Program-made: the position numbers and the translations under genes | Part shown: piece by piece, positions 51,551 to 62,020 of the stretch | How positions within the stretch are numbered: position 1 is the stretch's first letter | Layout: each line of letters begins with the position of its first letter | Origin: Paramoeba atlantica | Taxonomy: Eukaryota > Protista > Discosea | Length of the DNA stretch: 64,000 nucleotides | Direction: 5' to 3' | NCBI GenBank assembly: GCA_977017575.1 | Contig: CDRNVI010000043.1 | Span: 558,001 to 622,000, forward strand | Notes under the pieces: model-generated | The model's database searches: none | Told to the model about the DNA's origin: nothing | The model's input: the letters and a program-made list of their open reading frames with translations, nothing else

Positions 51551-54500
51551 TCAGGCATCCAAATTTCCCCGATCGCGTGAGGTGCTGCGGCTTTTTTGTC
51601 GGCCTTCGGATTGGCTAGAACCAATGACAGTAAGATTTTCAGCAGAACGCTGGAAAGACAAACTTTTCTCATCCGTGGATACTTGTCGGTACGAATCATG
51701 CGTCTTGCGCAAAACAGGCCTTTGAGATCTGCCCCGTAGATCAACTCTAAAGTTGGAGCCTAAGTGACTCCACATGGTCCGGAGTGCTGCATGACATTTG
51801 TGAATTTCATCTCGACACCACAAATGGTCACTCCTTTCCTGCTGCAAGGCGAGTGTTATGCCTTTGCGAAAGTTCACTGCATCAGTTTTCATATTTGTAG
51901 CTTTCGTTCGTAAAAGCTCATACTTCTTTTCCCATTTTTCGCAATTTGACGTGTGCACCTTAAGTATATCTTCAAAGTTTTTCTTCGAACATTCGAATGC
52001 ATCTCGCTCAGCACGATATTTGGAAAGGATTGCTTCTTTGTCATCAAGCAGTTGCTTGAAGTCATTCTTCAGTCTCTCATACTTCTCTTGTGTGGCATGT
52101 TTTTCCTGTGTTCCGGGAGAAGGTGTTTCAGACTGTTCGTTTTGTTTCTTAATATCGTGTAACTTCTCGCGCAGTGCTTTGTTCTCTTCCTCCGTATCAT
52201 GAAGATTTATTTTTAGTGATTCGATTCTCGCTTCCAACTTCGAACTTGCGGATTGTGCGCCATGTAGGGCTTTCTGGTTAATAAGATGGTTTTCATGCTC
52301 TTCTTGTACCTCCCTATGGATATTTTTCATATCGATTCTCAGACGTTCGCATTCCTCATGGAAGTACAGCTTTTGAGACTCAAGTTCCTTTCGTTCCGCT
52401 TCTTGTTGTTGGCACTTTTCGTCCATCACACTCAGTTCCTCTTGTAACGATGTAAGTTTTGTTAAGGTTATATTTTCGACAGATCGGTAGCTTAACTCAC
52501 GCTTCTCTACTTCTTCCTCTAAATTCTTCAATTGCGACAAAAGCGCATTTCGGGATAGACGCTCCGATTCGTACTGGCTATTTACGTCACTAAGAGTATT
52601 CTGTAGGCTATGAACAAGTCTTTTTTGCGCTTCCGAAGACGAGAAATACTCCGAGGCCTGATTGTTGAGGGCGGAAGTGCCCTCGTTTTTGGTTGCCTCA
52701 ATTTGTTCTAAAAGTAGACGCACTTCTCCTCTCAATTCTTGTATTCTGCTTGCAAGATCATGATTTTCCGAGACATGTTCTTGTAAATGATCCTCTAAGA
52801 GAGCGCGTTCTGATTTTATCGCCTCAATCATCGTTCGTGCTTCATGCAATGCCACGTTGTGCTCATCGTTCGTCTTTTCAAGACTGTCGTTCTTCTGCAC
52901 TAGACGCTCTACTTCGCTCCGATACTCAAAAGTCGTGTTTTCAGCTCTCTCTTGCAGATGAAGATTCTCTTCTTCCGCAGAAATGAGTTTTCGCCTTAGA
53001 TCTTCTGAAATCGACGTCACGTTGCGAATTTCATTGCGCGATGCATTCACCTGTTCTTCTAGCTCCCCTATTCGTGATTCGTATTGATCTTTGGAAGAAG
53101 CTTGCAGTTCCTGAGTGTGAATCTGTTCTCTTGTGAATCGCTCCAAGTCGTTTTCTTTCCTCAAAAGGTCTTGGCGCAAGTTATCGTTAATTCTTTGTTC
53201 TTCAGAGTATCTGTCTTTCAATGCATCAAGTTGTGAAATATGTGTCTCATGCGCCGTGCCTAGTTTCCCGCTGTGTAAGCGTTCATTGTGCAACTCAGTT
53301 GTCATTGTTTGAATGCGGGCCAAATGCTCTTGTACAGTGTCTCTGAGATCAGCGATTGTTTCTTGTGCATCGCGTTTTTCCTTGCCGAGCTCCAAACTTA
53401 GATGGCTCAAATCAATTTTTGACTGATTCAGAGAGGCCAAAGCATCTAGTAGTTGTCCATGCAAGTCTTCTTTTGCAGAAAGGTTTTCTTCGTTCGATTG
53501 CAGCAATGATTGTTCACATTGTTCCAATTTCACCTCGATAAGGGATTTGTCTTTCATGGTGGCTTCAAGTCTTACTCTCAGATCATCATTTTCCGTGGCA
53601 AGAGTTTGCAATTGCGTCTTCAAGGATGAATTGGACTTTTCTGATTCTGTCAATTGTTTTCCGCGAATTTCCGAACTTGACAGTAAAGACTCGTGCACGA
53701 CTTGCAATTTTGTCAACGCTTCATTCTTTGCGTGTAGTTCCTCTCGGCCCTTCCCAAGTTCATCTTGAATTGTTTGAAAGGCAAGCGTTTCCTGCTGGAG
53801 ATCCCTGCGCGTTGCTTCTAAATCAGCAGTTAGCCCATTTTTTTCTTCTCTCCACGCTCTGCTGAATTGAACATGTTCATCGCGCTCCCCTTGCAGAACA
53901 ACTTGCGTCTCTGATAATTCAGTTATCGTTCGCTCCAGTTGCTCTTGCGAATTTTCTAAATAATTTCGTGTATTCGTGTGTTCCTTCTGTTCTCTCTGAA
54001 GCATTCTCTGAGTTTCGTGCATGTCAACTTCCAATTTGGAGAGTGTTTCAGAGAGATCCTCAATCCGTAGGGTAAAATCGTTAATTTCTTGTTTAGCAAG
54101 ACTCGCTTCCTGCTCTCTCCGTCCCTCAAGAAGGTGTAGCTGATGTTCCAGGTCTTCTATCTGCGACTTCAGAGAGTTGTTTTCACTGTTTTGCTCACAT
54201 AACTTGTCGTATTGAGATTGATTACTAAGTTTGTATTTGGCCGTCTGTTCCTCCACGCTCCACCTTAATCTAATTTGTTTGTCAAGATCACTGCGCAATT
54301 TTCCAAGTTTCACTTCCATATCATTTATAGTTTGCGTGCGCTCCGTGACGAGAGTCTCAGAGTCAGTTAAACTCATCTTCAGTTTATCGTGTTCGTGCTG
54401 TAGATTGTGTAGTGATTCAGAAAGGCGTTGTGCTTCTTCAGCAGATTCTTGAATGTGTCGTTTATCTTTTTGAAGCTCGGTTTCACGTTCTTTCAGCTGT

Positions 54501-55543
54501 TTTCTGGCTGAATCAAGCGTCGACTGTGTTTTAATTCGTTCATCCTTCTCGTTGATCACATTTTCATGCGAGGATTCTAATAGAAGTGTTAGTCTGGATA
54601 TTTCTTCACTGAGCTCTTTCATTCGTGACTCGTTCTCACGTGAATTCTTTTCAAGTCGATCATGCTCCTCCTCCAGATGCTGATGAAGTGCGGCATTCAC
54701 ATGTTTGAGCTCAGCGAGCCTCTGTCTTTCTTGTTCTAGTGTCTCCTTCCATTTTCCAATAGCCTGATTCGCTTTGTCTTTGTCAATATGATGACGTTCC
54801 GCGATTTCTGATCTTTCCCGCTGGGCGGAGTCTCGCTCGGAGGTAAGTTTTTCAACAATTCTTTCAAGTTGTCTTTCCCGCACTCGCGCGCGCTTCTCTT
54901 CATCTTGATGATTTCGATTTTCTTCCGCCCTCAAAGACCTTAGATCTTGCACATGTTGAACATTAATTTCACGAAGTTCTTGATTCTTTGACGTAAGCCG
55001 CTCCACTTCGCGCTCAAGTCTATTCTTCTCCTTTTCCAATCTTTGGACATTCCGGGATGAGGGAGCTGTGTTTAGAGAATGCTCTCCTATTCCACCACTC
55101 GACGTGTCACCGAGCGTACGTACACTACGTATCCGTTCGTTAAGCATCGTGTCCGCTAAAGTCGGACGGCCTTGAAGTGAAACCGAAAAATGGTGCTGTA
55201 CAACTTGATCAGAATCTGTTTCTTGCAGATGATTGGCCTTAGGCTGTGCATTGCTCGCCAGATTATCTGACGCTTTACTAGGTGATGCCATTACTTTTTT
55301 ACCAGACAGAAATTCTGAGTCACTCCATTGTATTTTTGCCCGCTTCAATGAAACTTGTGCTGATGGACTCGGCAAATGAGAACGCAATGGCTCCGATCTC
55401 AATAAAGTGTCGCTCTCTTGGCCGTTCTTCCCCAAAGCAGTCTTTGGTGGAGATGTCAGCTCCTTTCCTAGTTCGGGAGTGTGTAAAAAATCAGAGCCAC
55501 GAAAGGGTGTGGCGGTAAGCTCGTGGTTTACGTTTAAATCCAT
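51551..55543 (-). CDS. Long coiled-coil protein (1330 aa)
   Basis: About 1000 residues of E/L/Q/K/R-rich heptad sequence; no motor or SMC head motifs seen. Confidence 0.85.
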   Translation of the reverse strand: MDLNVNHELTATPFRGSDFLHTPELGKELTSPPKTALGKNGQESDTLLRSEPLRSHLPSPSAQVSLKRAKIQWSDSEFLSGKKVMASPSKASDNLASNAQPKANHLQETDSDQVVQHHFSVSLQGRPTLADTMLNERIRSVRTLGDTSSGGIGEHSLNTAPSSRNVQRLEKEKNRLEREVERLTSKNQELREINVQHVQDLRSLRAEENRNHQDEEKRARVRERQLERIVEKLTSERDSAQRERSEIAERHHIDKDKANQAIGKWKETLEQERQRLAELKHVNAALHQHLEEEHDRLEKNSRENESRMKELSEEISRLTLLLESSHENVINEKDERIKTQSTLDSARKQLKERETELQKDKRHIQESAEEAQRLSESLHNLQHEHDKLKMSLTDSETLVTERTQTINDMEVKLGKLRSDLDKQIRLRWSVEEQTAKYKLSNQSQYDKLCEQNSENNSLKSQIEDLEHQLHLLEGRREQEASLAKQEINDFTLRIEDLSETLSKLEVDMHETQRMLQREQKEHTNTRNYLENSQEQLERTITELSETQVVLQGERDEHVQFSRAWREEKNGLTADLEATRRDLQQETLAFQTIQDELGKGREELHAKNEALTKLQVVHESLLSSSEIRGKQLTESEKSNSSLKTQLQTLATENDDLRVRLEATMKDKSLIEVKLEQCEQSLLQSNEENLSAKEDLHGQLLDALASLNQSKIDLSHLSLELGKEKRDAQETIADLRDTVQEHLARIQTMTTELHNERLHSGKLGTAHETHISQLDALKDRYSEEQRINDNLRQDLLRKENDLERFTREQIHTQELQASSKDQYESRIGELEEQVNASRNEIRNVTSISEDLRRKLISAEEENLHLQERAENTTFEYRSEVERLVQKNDSLEKTNDEHNVALHEARTMIEAIKSERALLEDHLQEHVSENHDLASRIQELRGEVRLLLEQIEATKNEGTSALNNQASEYFSSSEAQKRLVHSLQNTLSDVNSQYESERLSRNALLSQLKNLEEEVEKRELSYRSVENITLTKLTSLQEELSVMDEKCQQQEAERKELESQKLYFHEECERLRIDMKNIHREVQEEHENHLINQKALHGAQSASSKLEARIESLKINLHDTEEENKALREKLHDIKKQNEQSETPSPGTQEKHATQEKYERLKNDFKQLLDDKEAILSKYRAERDAFECSKKNFEDILKVHTSNCEKWEKKYELLRTKATNMKTDAVNFRKGITLALQQERSDHLWCRDEIHKCHAALRTMWSHLGSNFRVDLRGRSQRPVLRKTHDSYRQVSTDEKSLSFQRSAENLTVIGSSQSEGRQKSRSTSRDRGNLDA

Positions 55544-55759
55544 GAGGTAGAGTTAAAAAAGAATATAGTGTTATAGGTAATAGTAAATCAGTCTTCTGTT
55601 GCACATTAGGACTAAAACTACGCTACCCTTTCTTCTCGTTTCCCTCCTCATGTTACGAAAGGAGTCAAACAATAGGGTGAAACAAAGGCTGAAAGTCTCA
55701 TCTCCGTTCGGTACCGAGAAAGTAACTTTCTCCATAAAAACTGTTATCCATAAAAACTG

Positions 55760-56365
55760 TTATATAGAATGCGCTCGCCAAAGTCCATCCCCCATAGTGT
55801 GAACAGTTTGAATCGCAATCCCCTTGCTGGATGACGTAATCTCATCTGTATCCATGCAAAGGACACCGATCGCCGCGGAGTGTTGCATGCCCTCAATATC
55901 GACCCGCACAAGCGAGCCTTTGATAACCCCGGGGGAAACGACTCCCCCTGGAGAGGTGAGGCCAGGGCACATCACATCAGCCCCGCCCAGGACGTGGACG
56001 CACCCACCGGCGTCGCACTGCATGCGAGGCAGCAGTGTGGGGAAGCGATGGAGAAGCCGGAGATGCGGCCAGTACTTTCCATCAGAGTGCTGAAAGAACA
56101 GCACCTCGGATCGAGCCACCACAAGTGTTAAACGGTTCTGGCACTTTACGAGTCGAAAACCGCCGTTCTCTTTTGGGAGAATACGGAGTAGGTCCTCCTC
56201 GGAGAAACGAGGGTATTGTGTGAGAATCGCAGCCCGAACTCGTTTTTGTGTGGAGCTCTGCGTTCGGCCGGAATCCAGTATGCAATTTGTGGTGAACTTA
56301 CGGATAGCAATGGTTAAGGATTCGATAATGTGGTCCTCTTTCGTGGCTACAGCCTCCTCGTGCAT
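55760..56365 (-). CDS. MCTS1: MCT-1/Tma20 translation reinitiation factor (PUA domain)
   Basis: FFQH.DG..WPHLRLLHRFP.LLP..Q.D.G...VLGGADVMCPGLTSPG, GIAI..VH..GDGLW. Confidence 0.9.
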   Translation of the reverse strand: MHEEAVATKEDHIIESLTIAIRKFTTNCILDSGRTQSSTQKRVRAAILTQYPRFSEEDLLRILPKENGGFRLVKCQNRLTLVVARSEVLFFQHSDGKYWPHLRLLHRFPTLLPRMQCDAGGCVHVLGGADVMCPGLTSPGGVVSPGVIKGSLVRVDIEGMQHSAAIGVLCMDTDEITSSSKGIAIQTVHTMGDGLWRAHSI

Positions 56366-56947
56366 GTTTCCTATCTTTGTATACTAAAAAATCTCTGATA
56401 TTTCTTTTAAAAGCACTATCCTAGAAACACTTGCGTATTTCATGCATATTCTTGATTTATTTTTATGGTTGATTCTTATGATTCGCTCAGAATGCATGTG
56501 GTCCTAATATTTACTGTATCTGAAGCCTATTTGTATATAGTCTTTGTAATATGCAGTAGAAATGTAGCTTAGAAAACTTATGAAGAATGTATCCAAACCA
56601 GATGGCTGGAATACAAAAACCGTGTTAGAAACGTGAAAATAAATCGAACTTCTATTAGCAAGATGGCAAGGATTATGTAAAAAAGGGAAATAACAAGACA
56701 CAAAACTGCAAACTGAAGTAAAAATTATTGAAATATACAGTATATCTTTACAGTAGAATTGTCTGTACAGTATAATTAATACATATCTTTACATTTTAAT
56801 AGTATATCTTTACAGTAGAACTACTTTGTGAACTACTACAGTAGATCTACTTTGTGATGTGATGAATTTATGACTCTTCGATGCATGAATTTAAGTTTTA
56901 AGAACTTACAATCGAAAAATAGTTTGAATACAAACACATCCTACCAC

Positions 56948-58114
56948 CTACGGCAAGATTTGGAATGGGGGGAGATGTGCTGTCATGTGCTCTTCGGAAC
57001 CAACATAGACATCACGAATAGATTTATTAAGGTTAACAAGCTCAGTGTCCCAACCAATCAAAGTTTCGTTATATGATGGCGCTACGTCTTTTGATCGTGC
57101 CTTGGAGTTTTCATCCGTCGTTTTCTCACATTCACTTCTGACCACCAGCAGCATGTGCTCCCCGTGCCCCGTGGCCCGAAGGTCGTCAAACACACAATAT
57201 TTTTGATCTTCCGACATTCTTTTGACCGTAGTACCGCGCAAGGAGCTGGAAATGGGTCGGGCAAGAAAAATACGAACCCAAGATTCCTTTCCCCGCACAG
57301 GCGCACCAAACACATCTTCCACCCATATGCGAATGTGAGAAATATGCCGAGGTTCTGGAGCAGAGGTACACGTCAGCCACTCCGCCCGCAGGCGACAGGG
57401 AAGAACGCCGCACCCGAAAGAGTTTCCAATTTTGGTCCGTTTAGACATAACCTCCTGAGGAAAGTAATCCCAGGGTTCGTAAGTGACCATTGTGCCTGTG
57501 GCGTTCAACCCTAATCCGATGAGCCCCCAGGAAGTTTTTGTCTCCTGTTCATTTAAATTGTGGAAAACAGTACCAGCCGATGAGAGTGTAGGTTTCCAAT
57601 TTGAGTTCAGTGATAAATTCAGTAGTTGAAAAAGGTAGCTTTTGAAGTCGACGAAACGAACGCCTTCTCTCACTTTTCGGGCATTGTGTGCAAAAATCGA
57701 AGAGAGAAACTTTGGGTTCAGCTCCGCCGGTGATGCGACGTCCTTACGAGAGGATACCTTTGCAATATCTTGACGCCGTATTACAAGAAATATAAATGTG
57801 CTACATCCTTCAGCCACGAACAAATTCGGCACATCATTCGCGCCATTTGAATATTCTGCCGATAGTTCCTCCAACTTCCTTGAAGAGTTTGTCACACTCA
57901 TATCTAAAAACTCGTTGATGGCATTCTGAATATCGTAAATAGTTGGTCCCTTTCCAGCGCTTTTCCCTCGTAGTGATAGCGAAAAACTTTTCCTAGAATT
58001 GCAGCTATGCTCCATCTTGTATGTGTGTACCTCAACAGACAGAGGCGAGCTGAGTTCGCACGATGCTGCTTCCGGGCTGGAACAAGAATCTGATGCCTGC
58101 GAGACCGAGACCAT
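56948..58114 (-). CDS. Hypothetical protein with a possible C-terminal Ig-like beta-sandwich
   Basis: 388-aa ORF on the gene strand; VEDVFGAPV...LRGTTV...VFDDLRATGHGEHML. Confidence 0.6.
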   Translation of the reverse strand: MVSVSQASDSCSSPEAASCELSSPLSVEVHTYKMEHSCNSRKSFSLSLRGKSAGKGPTIYDIQNAINEFLDMSVTNSSRKLEELSAEYSNGANDVPNLFVAEGCSTFIFLVIRRQDIAKVSSRKDVASPAELNPKFLSSIFAHNARKVREGVRFVDFKSYLFQLLNLSLNSNWKPTLSSAGTVFHNLNEQETKTSWGLIGLGLNATGTMVTYEPWDYFPQEVMSKRTKIGNSFGCGVLPCRLRAEWLTCTSAPEPRHISHIRIWVEDVFGAPVRGKESWVRIFLARPISSSLRGTTVKRMSEDQKYCVFDDLRATGHGEHMLLVVRSECEKTTDENSKARSKDVAPSYNETLIGWDTELVNLNKSIRDVYVGSEEHMTAHLPPFQILP

Positions 58115-58330
58115 GGAATAGTAGACGAGTAAAAGTGATTAAAACACCTACCCTTGGAATAGAAATTTCATTCTTTCCTTGAAAATACGAAAAAGAAAAA
58201 ACGCATGGCTTTGTTATTGAGCACGATGCATGTACAATGTATAAATGCATGTACATTGTATAAAGCAAGCATAAAAACTACGGAGCTGTTTTAGTTTCGT
58301 CACAACTAAAATGATCAAACGGGGGGAAAT

Positions 58331-58879
58331 CTATCCAGGTCGATGAAGTAGCTTCCTGGATATCAATTTAGTAGTATTCTCGCGATAACGTTTCTTTGCC
58401 TCTTTTGTTGGAAGGGGGGAGTTTCGTCTAATTTCGTTCTCTTCAGAAAGTAGTATTGCTCCGTCATTCTCCGAATAAATCGAATCTTCTGAATGGGAAG
58501 AATCACGGTCCTTTTTTTTGTTTGAATCACTCAAAGAACTGTTTTCTGCACTTGTGCTAGCAGATGAAGTCGTGCTCCAAGTAGTATGCTCTGTCCGGCA
58601 TTCACGCACCTCGTTGCTTAACACACTTTCTAGATAACCTGTCTCCTCCTGCGACTCATCATCGTCCGCTAGTAATCGATGAGATACGTGCAGACTTGCC
58701 ATTGGGATATCGGTCACGTCCCGCCCTTCGTTGTAGCTTATCGTAGGATACTTTCCACAATCTCCGAGAAACACACGACATTGCGAGCAAAGACCTTGTC
58801 TGTCACACAGCACATCGTTAATATCGGCACAGAGTAGACAACACATATTAGGGTCCGCAGGAATCAAATTCGGGGCCAT
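58331..58879 (-). CDS. Hypothetical protein, Cys-rich N-terminus and acidic/Ser-rich tail
   Basis: CCLLC...LC...LCSQC in a 182-aa ORF on the gene strand. Confidence 0.5.
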   Translation of the reverse strand: MAPNLIPADPNMCCLLCADINDVLCDRQGLCSQCRVFLGDCGKYPTISYNEGRDVTDIPMASLHVSHRLLADDDESQEETGYLESVLSNEVRECRTEHTTWSTTSSASTSAENSSLSDSNKKKDRDSSHSEDSIYSENDGAILLSEENEIRRNSPLPTKEAKKRYRENTTKLISRKLLHRPG

Positions 58880-59247
58880 GTCGGAGAATAGTTCGGAATT
58901 GATAGACGGAAAGCAAGTGGTTTAGGTCGGTCGTCAGCATTGCAAAACAAATCTGTTAAATTATTGTGTGCATCCTATAAAAGAAATAGTGAAGGAAAGA
59001 AGCGTTATGGGCTTAATAAAGAAACTGTGCTTTAAATTGAAAAACTTGTATCACGAATGATAATTTCCGACCTACGAATCACGTACAAAAACGTAGAAAA
59101 TCGGGCGCACGCACCTGTTCCAACCTGAGATGTCCTAGAGATGTCTTACCTGAGATGTCCTATTACTCAACCTTACATCCTACATGAGGAAATACAAGTA
59201 CAAGTCCACTATCACGCCAAACGCTGTGAGGACCGTGTTCCCTTCCT

Positions 59248-59643
59248 CTAGGATTCCACCATAGGAATCACTTCACCCCTGGACGCACATTCGAGTATAA
59301 GACGTGAGGGTCGTGGCGGGGAGATCGTCGCACTGGTGACGAAGGCGTCCAGGGGAGGGTCAGGGGGTGCGTTGTGTTCACCGTCGAACCCTCCTTCGAG
59401 GTCTACCTCATCACAGGTCGGTCCGCCTACCATGGTGGTCAGCAGGGACCACGGCGAGTCGTGCTGGTCTCCCCAGCGAGAGCGACGTCGTACGCGGGCC
59501 TCCAAGTCCTCCGCATAGCCGGGGAGGCCCTCATCCTCGGAGGCAGAGTCCTCAGAGAATTGGGCAAGATCGACTCGATGATTTCGCGTTTGTGGGTTGA
59601 GGTCCTTATGGTGTGAAGCAGAAATATCTCCAGGAAAGGACAT
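59248..59643 (-). CDS. Hypothetical acidic protein
   Basis: 131-aa ATG-initiated ORF in a GC-rich patch on the gene strand; no motif recognised. Confidence 0.4.
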   Translation of the reverse strand: MSFPGDISASHHKDLNPQTRNHRVDLAQFSEDSASEDEGLPGYAEDLEARVRRRSRWGDQHDSPWSLLTTMVGGPTCDEVDLEGGFDGEHNAPPDPPLDAFVTSATISPPRPSRLILECASRGEVIPMVES

Positions 59644-59866
59644 GGAGAGGAATCAATGTGACAAAGGAAAATCTCTAGGAAAGATTGATAATGAGAAGGA
59701 AGGGAACTCACTATTTATCTTAAAATGAACGCTTTTTTAACGTTTGGTCCTTTGTAGTGTATTCGTGATCTTATTGTACACGTAAAAGCAATAACAAACA
59801 CATGGGCATCGATCCGGTAGCTCTCCTCAGCTCCATGCCTCTTTTCCGAACCGTCCTAGCTCTCTG

Positions 59867-60928
59867 TTACCCAGCTGTCACATCTCCCGCCTCCGTCTGG
59901 GCATGGGGCTCGCTCATCCCGTGATACACCAGTGAGATCACCTCCGTGCTTGCCGTAGACTCACTCACCGGAGTTGCCTCCGACTCCATAAATGAAGAGC
60001 TGCGGTGCATTTTACCACTTGTCTTGGGCGACGAAGCCGAGGACGACGAAGACGACGAGGAGGACAAACTTTGCGACCCTGCTTGACTCGGGGACAGCGC
60101 CAACGTATTCGCGGTGTCCTCCCCGAGCCCAAACACCACCCCGGAGGTGTCTAGCGGAATGCGCCGCTCCCCGTCGCCCCCACACAGGTGAAAGAAACAT
60201 TGCGCAGTAAGAAGACTGTCACTGCCGGCCTGGTGGGCTGGACCAATCCGACGAACCCCAATCTCCTCCGCGACATGGTCCAACCCCTTTGAGTACGGTA
60301 CTTGGGCACTTTTCTTTAACACGTACTTAATATCATACAAAAACGGAAAGTACGCGTGGAGGAGCTCCAGGAACTCAATCTCCCTTTCCGGGAGATCCAC
60401 CCCGGAGAGGAGTTTGATCAAGTACCCAAAGTCGTACCCGCTGTGGAAACTCACCCAACTCACCTCCGGGCACAGCACAAGCCCGGAGGTGGTGAGGAGC
60501 TGCGCAAAGTGCGTGACGTCAACCCCTTCCCGCTCCAGACGATCGAAATTAATCCCACTGTTATGCAGCAAGTCTATCGAGTCCTGCGCGTAGACATCCG
60601 TGGATAAACAAAACCGAAAGTTGAACTGCCATGTACAGGGCCCGGAGGCCGGTGGGTCGCCGTTCTCATCGACGAGCGTAAGCCCGAGTTGGATCAGTTT
60701 TAGAAGATTTACGTTACACCGCAGGGTTTGGTAGTAGAACTCGTGAGTGGAAGCGAAATTACCAACAGGTCGGCCGACGATCCCGGGGAATTCCGTATCC
60801 ATGGCAACATAAGGACATGTTTCCACCGCACGCCGGATATTGGAGAACTCGGATTCGAGATTCGTGGCCCAGACATCCTTGATGACGCTGCTGCTGCTAC
60901 TGTAGGAGCTCCACTTACCGCCACTCAT
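59867..60928 (-). CDS. CAF1: CCR4-NOT deadenylase CAF1/POP2 (DEDD nuclease)
   Basis: VAMDTEFPG, LRCNVNLLKLIQLGLT, WQFNFRF, FHSGYDFGYL, HQAGSDSLLT. Confidence 0.96.
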   Translation of the reverse strand: MSGGKWSSYSSSSSVIKDVWATNLESEFSNIRRAVETCPYVAMDTEFPGIVGRPVGNFASTHEFYYQTLRCNVNLLKLIQLGLTLVDENGDPPASGPCTWQFNFRFCLSTDVYAQDSIDLLHNSGINFDRLEREGVDVTHFAQLLTTSGLVLCPEVSWVSFHSGYDFGYLIKLLSGVDLPEREIEFLELLHAYFPFLYDIKYVLKKSAQVPYSKGLDHVAEEIGVRRIGPAHQAGSDSLLTAQCFFHLCGGDGERRIPLDTSGVVFGLGEDTANTLALSPSQAGSQSLSSSSSSSSSASSPKTSGKMHRSSSFMESEATPVSESTASTEVISLVYHGMSEPHAQTEAGDVTAG

Positions 60929-61237
60929 AAAAGGAATGTTGATGTCAGTGCAAGCTTGATATGAAGTCTAAATTTCTGAAAAACAAATCATTAAGAACGG
61001 GTACACGAAACAGAGTGCACTCGTTGGCAGTGTACAGGGGGGGTATTGTAAATTTGTAAATTATAAGGTAAATTATTGTAGGAGATGAAATTCATTTCAG
61101 AAAAACGGTTTTTTTGTGGAGACGCACCAAGCTACGAATCTGTGCGCACTACGAGTTACATGAACACATTTTGAACCGGAAATCAGGTCCTGCACTCATA
61201 TAGCCAAAAAGATTTTATGAAAAAGAAATCCTTGTTC

Positions 61238-61780
61238 TCACGTGTCAATTCTCCAATTTTGCAAACAACTTGTACATTGAAGCAAGAGTGAAAACCCTTC
61301 ATCCGCACTTCGCATTTGGACGGCCCTGTACCAGCATATGCGTTGAGAGGCACAATTATCGCAGAATGCCTCCTGCGTGGGGAGCGAGGTTTCACTCTCC
61401 TCTGCAGAGACCCATTTAAGTCTTCGGGCTTCTGCGTAACGTGAAAATTGGCGAGCATTTGATGCAACGTCATTCGCTTTATTATCGTGATGTTCCGCTG
61501 TGGCCCTCAAAAACTGAGATCGCGTTTTCTCCTCACGATGCTGAAGCGCCGCTTCATATTCCGCTACCCTTTCCTCTATGCTTAGCCATTTCCACTCAAG
61601 TTCACCCATTTCAAGTGACATGTTTTGTGCGGCGTCCTGTTGTGGTAGAACACAGTGCGGACAGGAAGCACCTTTCCTGTTTTCGTCAAACAGAGGCAAC
61701 AGACTCCGACATGTGGGACAGAATTTCATATTTTGTATTAATAACATTGAAAAGGAATCTCTATTTGCAGTATTGGTCAT
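61238..61780 (-). CDS. RPA12: RNA polymerase I subunit RPA12 (TFIIS-like double zinc ribbon)
   Basis: FCPTC..LL...CPHC and C-terminal CDNC...QMRSADEG...CTSC; ADEG fits RPA12 better than RPC11 (ADEP). Confidence 0.75.
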   Translation of the reverse strand: MTNTANRDSFSMLLIQNMKFCPTCRSLLPLFDENRKGASCPHCVLPQQDAAQNMSLEMGELEWKWLSIEERVAEYEAALQHREEKTRSQFLRATAEHHDNKANDVASNARQFSRYAEARRLKWVSAEESETSLPTQEAFCDNCASQRICWYRAVQMRSADEGFSLLLQCTSCLQNWRIDT

Positions 61781-62020
61781 GTAGCAAACTTGAACGCTAC
61801 TTCTCTACGTTCACGTTGGGAAACTTTTCAAAAGAATGTTCTATTTATATGCGGTAACTATTCTTTTTTTGCACGCTTGTGGTGGAAGTTTAGGTTTAAA
61901 AAATATTTCGTAGTTTAGCGAAACGAAGGAGGTCGAGTTTTGAACTTATCCAAAAAAGCCTTTGGAGCTCAGTTTGAAATTTATGTGTGTTCGTTCGAAC
62001 TCGTATTCTTTTTGGTTCAA

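Noticed and set aside
44290-59162. Short intergenic tandem duplications (44290-44325, 46634-46673, 56739-56820, 59123-59162; also 22583-22614)
   Set aside because: Low-complexity AT-rich slippage-type repeats with no evidence of function
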